Below, piece by piece: positions 63,101 to 64,000 of a DNA stretch of 64,000 nt; positions within the stretch are counted from its first letter, which is position 1, and the number at the start of each line of letters is the position of its first letter. The stretch is from Nemertoderma westbladi. Lineage: Eukaryota; Animalia; Xenacoelomorpha. Location of the stretch: assembly GCA_032718475.1 (NCBI GenBank), contig JAUCBJ010008895.1, positions 1-64,000 of the forward strand, given 5' to 3'. The notes beneath the pieces were generated by a model. That model did not search any database, was not told where the DNA came from, and saw only the letters and a list, made by a program, of their open reading frames with translations. Made by a program: the position numbers and the translations under genes.

Positions 63101-64000
63101 CTGTACAGCAGACTGCTGGAGAATGTTTCATTCTATAGTTGATAAGTGGCGCAGATTGCTGGAGAATGTTTCATTCTATAGTTGATAAGTACAGCAGACT
63201 GCTGGAGAATGTTTCATTCTATAGTTGATAAGTACAGCAGACTGGCTGGATAACGTTTCATTCTATAGTCGGTAAGTATAGCAGACTGCTGGATAATGTT
63301 TCATTCTATAGTTGATAAGTACAGCAGACTGGCTGGATAATGTTTCATTCTATAGTCGGTAAGTATAGCAGACTGCTGGATAATGTTTCATTCTATAGTT
63401 GATAAGTGCAGCAGACTGCTGGAGAATGTTTCATTCTATAGTTGATAAGTACAGCAGACTGGCTGGATAATGTTTCATTCTATAGTCGGTAAGTATAGCA
63501 GACTGCTGGATAATGTTTCATTCTATAGTTGATAAATGCAGCAGACTGCTGGAGAATGTTTCATTCTATAGTTGATAAGTACAGCAGACTGGCTGGATAA
63601 TGTTTCATTCTATAGTCGGTAAGTATAGCAGACTGCTGGATAATGTTTCATTCTATAGTTGATAAGTGCAGCAGACTGCTGGAGAATGTTTCATTCTATA
63701 GTTGATAAGTACAGCAGACTGGCTGGATAATGTTTCATTCTATAGTCGGTAAGTATAGCAGACTGCTGGATAATGTTTCATTCTATAGTTGATAAGTGCA
63801 GCAGACTGCTGGAGAATGTTTCATTCTATAGTTGATAAGTACAGCAGACTGGCTGGATAATGTTTCATTCTATAGTCGGTAAGTATAGCAGACTGCTGGA
63901 TAATGTTTCATTCTATAGTTGATAAGTGCAGCAGACTGCTGGAGAATGTTTCATTCTATAGTTGATAAGTACAGCAGACTGGCTGGATAATGTTTCATTC
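30109..64000. repeat. Satellite DNA array, 43/44-bp monomer, roughly 780 copies, running off the window end
   Basis: Consensus CAGACTG(G)CTGGA(G/T)AATGTTTCATTCTATAGT(CGG/TGA)TAAGT(AT/AC/GC)AG, head to tail, with no unique spacers and no long ORFs. Confidence 0.99.

Noticed and set aside
30109-64000. CRISPR array
   Set aside because: The repeats are contiguous with no unique spacers, there are no cas genes, and the context is eukaryotic.

Overview
Eukaryotic (animal-like, AT-rich, intron-containing) DNA, not prokaryotic. Bases 1-30 kb hold one + strand host gene that I reconstructed by hand from 8 phase-compatible exons (1630-29322, about 1295 aa, function unknown). Its protein has two copies of a module that starts with an RIIa/Dpy-30-like dimerisation motif. 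Intron 2 carries a young, very large BEL/Pao LTR retrotransposon (2862-20347, 17.5 kb) with 1252-bp LTRs, a TGTGG target-site duplication and an intact 2695-aa gag-pol ORF. This element is unusual in several ways. It has no tRNA-type primer-binding site, but the 11 nt after the 5' LTR are complementary to a site inside the LTR, suggesting Tf1-like self-priming. It has a frameshifted zinc-knuckle/NLS ORF in the env position, several duplicated or wobble-supported RNA structures in its long UTRs, and a nested TTAA piggyBac-type non-autonomous element. The flank and other introns contain L2-like, CRE-like, foldback and Helitron-like relics. From about 30.1 kb to the end is a 43/44-bp satellite with higher-order structure, many of whose monomers read as splice acceptor, TCG, GTAAGT donor. 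All alignments and folds were done by eye; no database searches were run.
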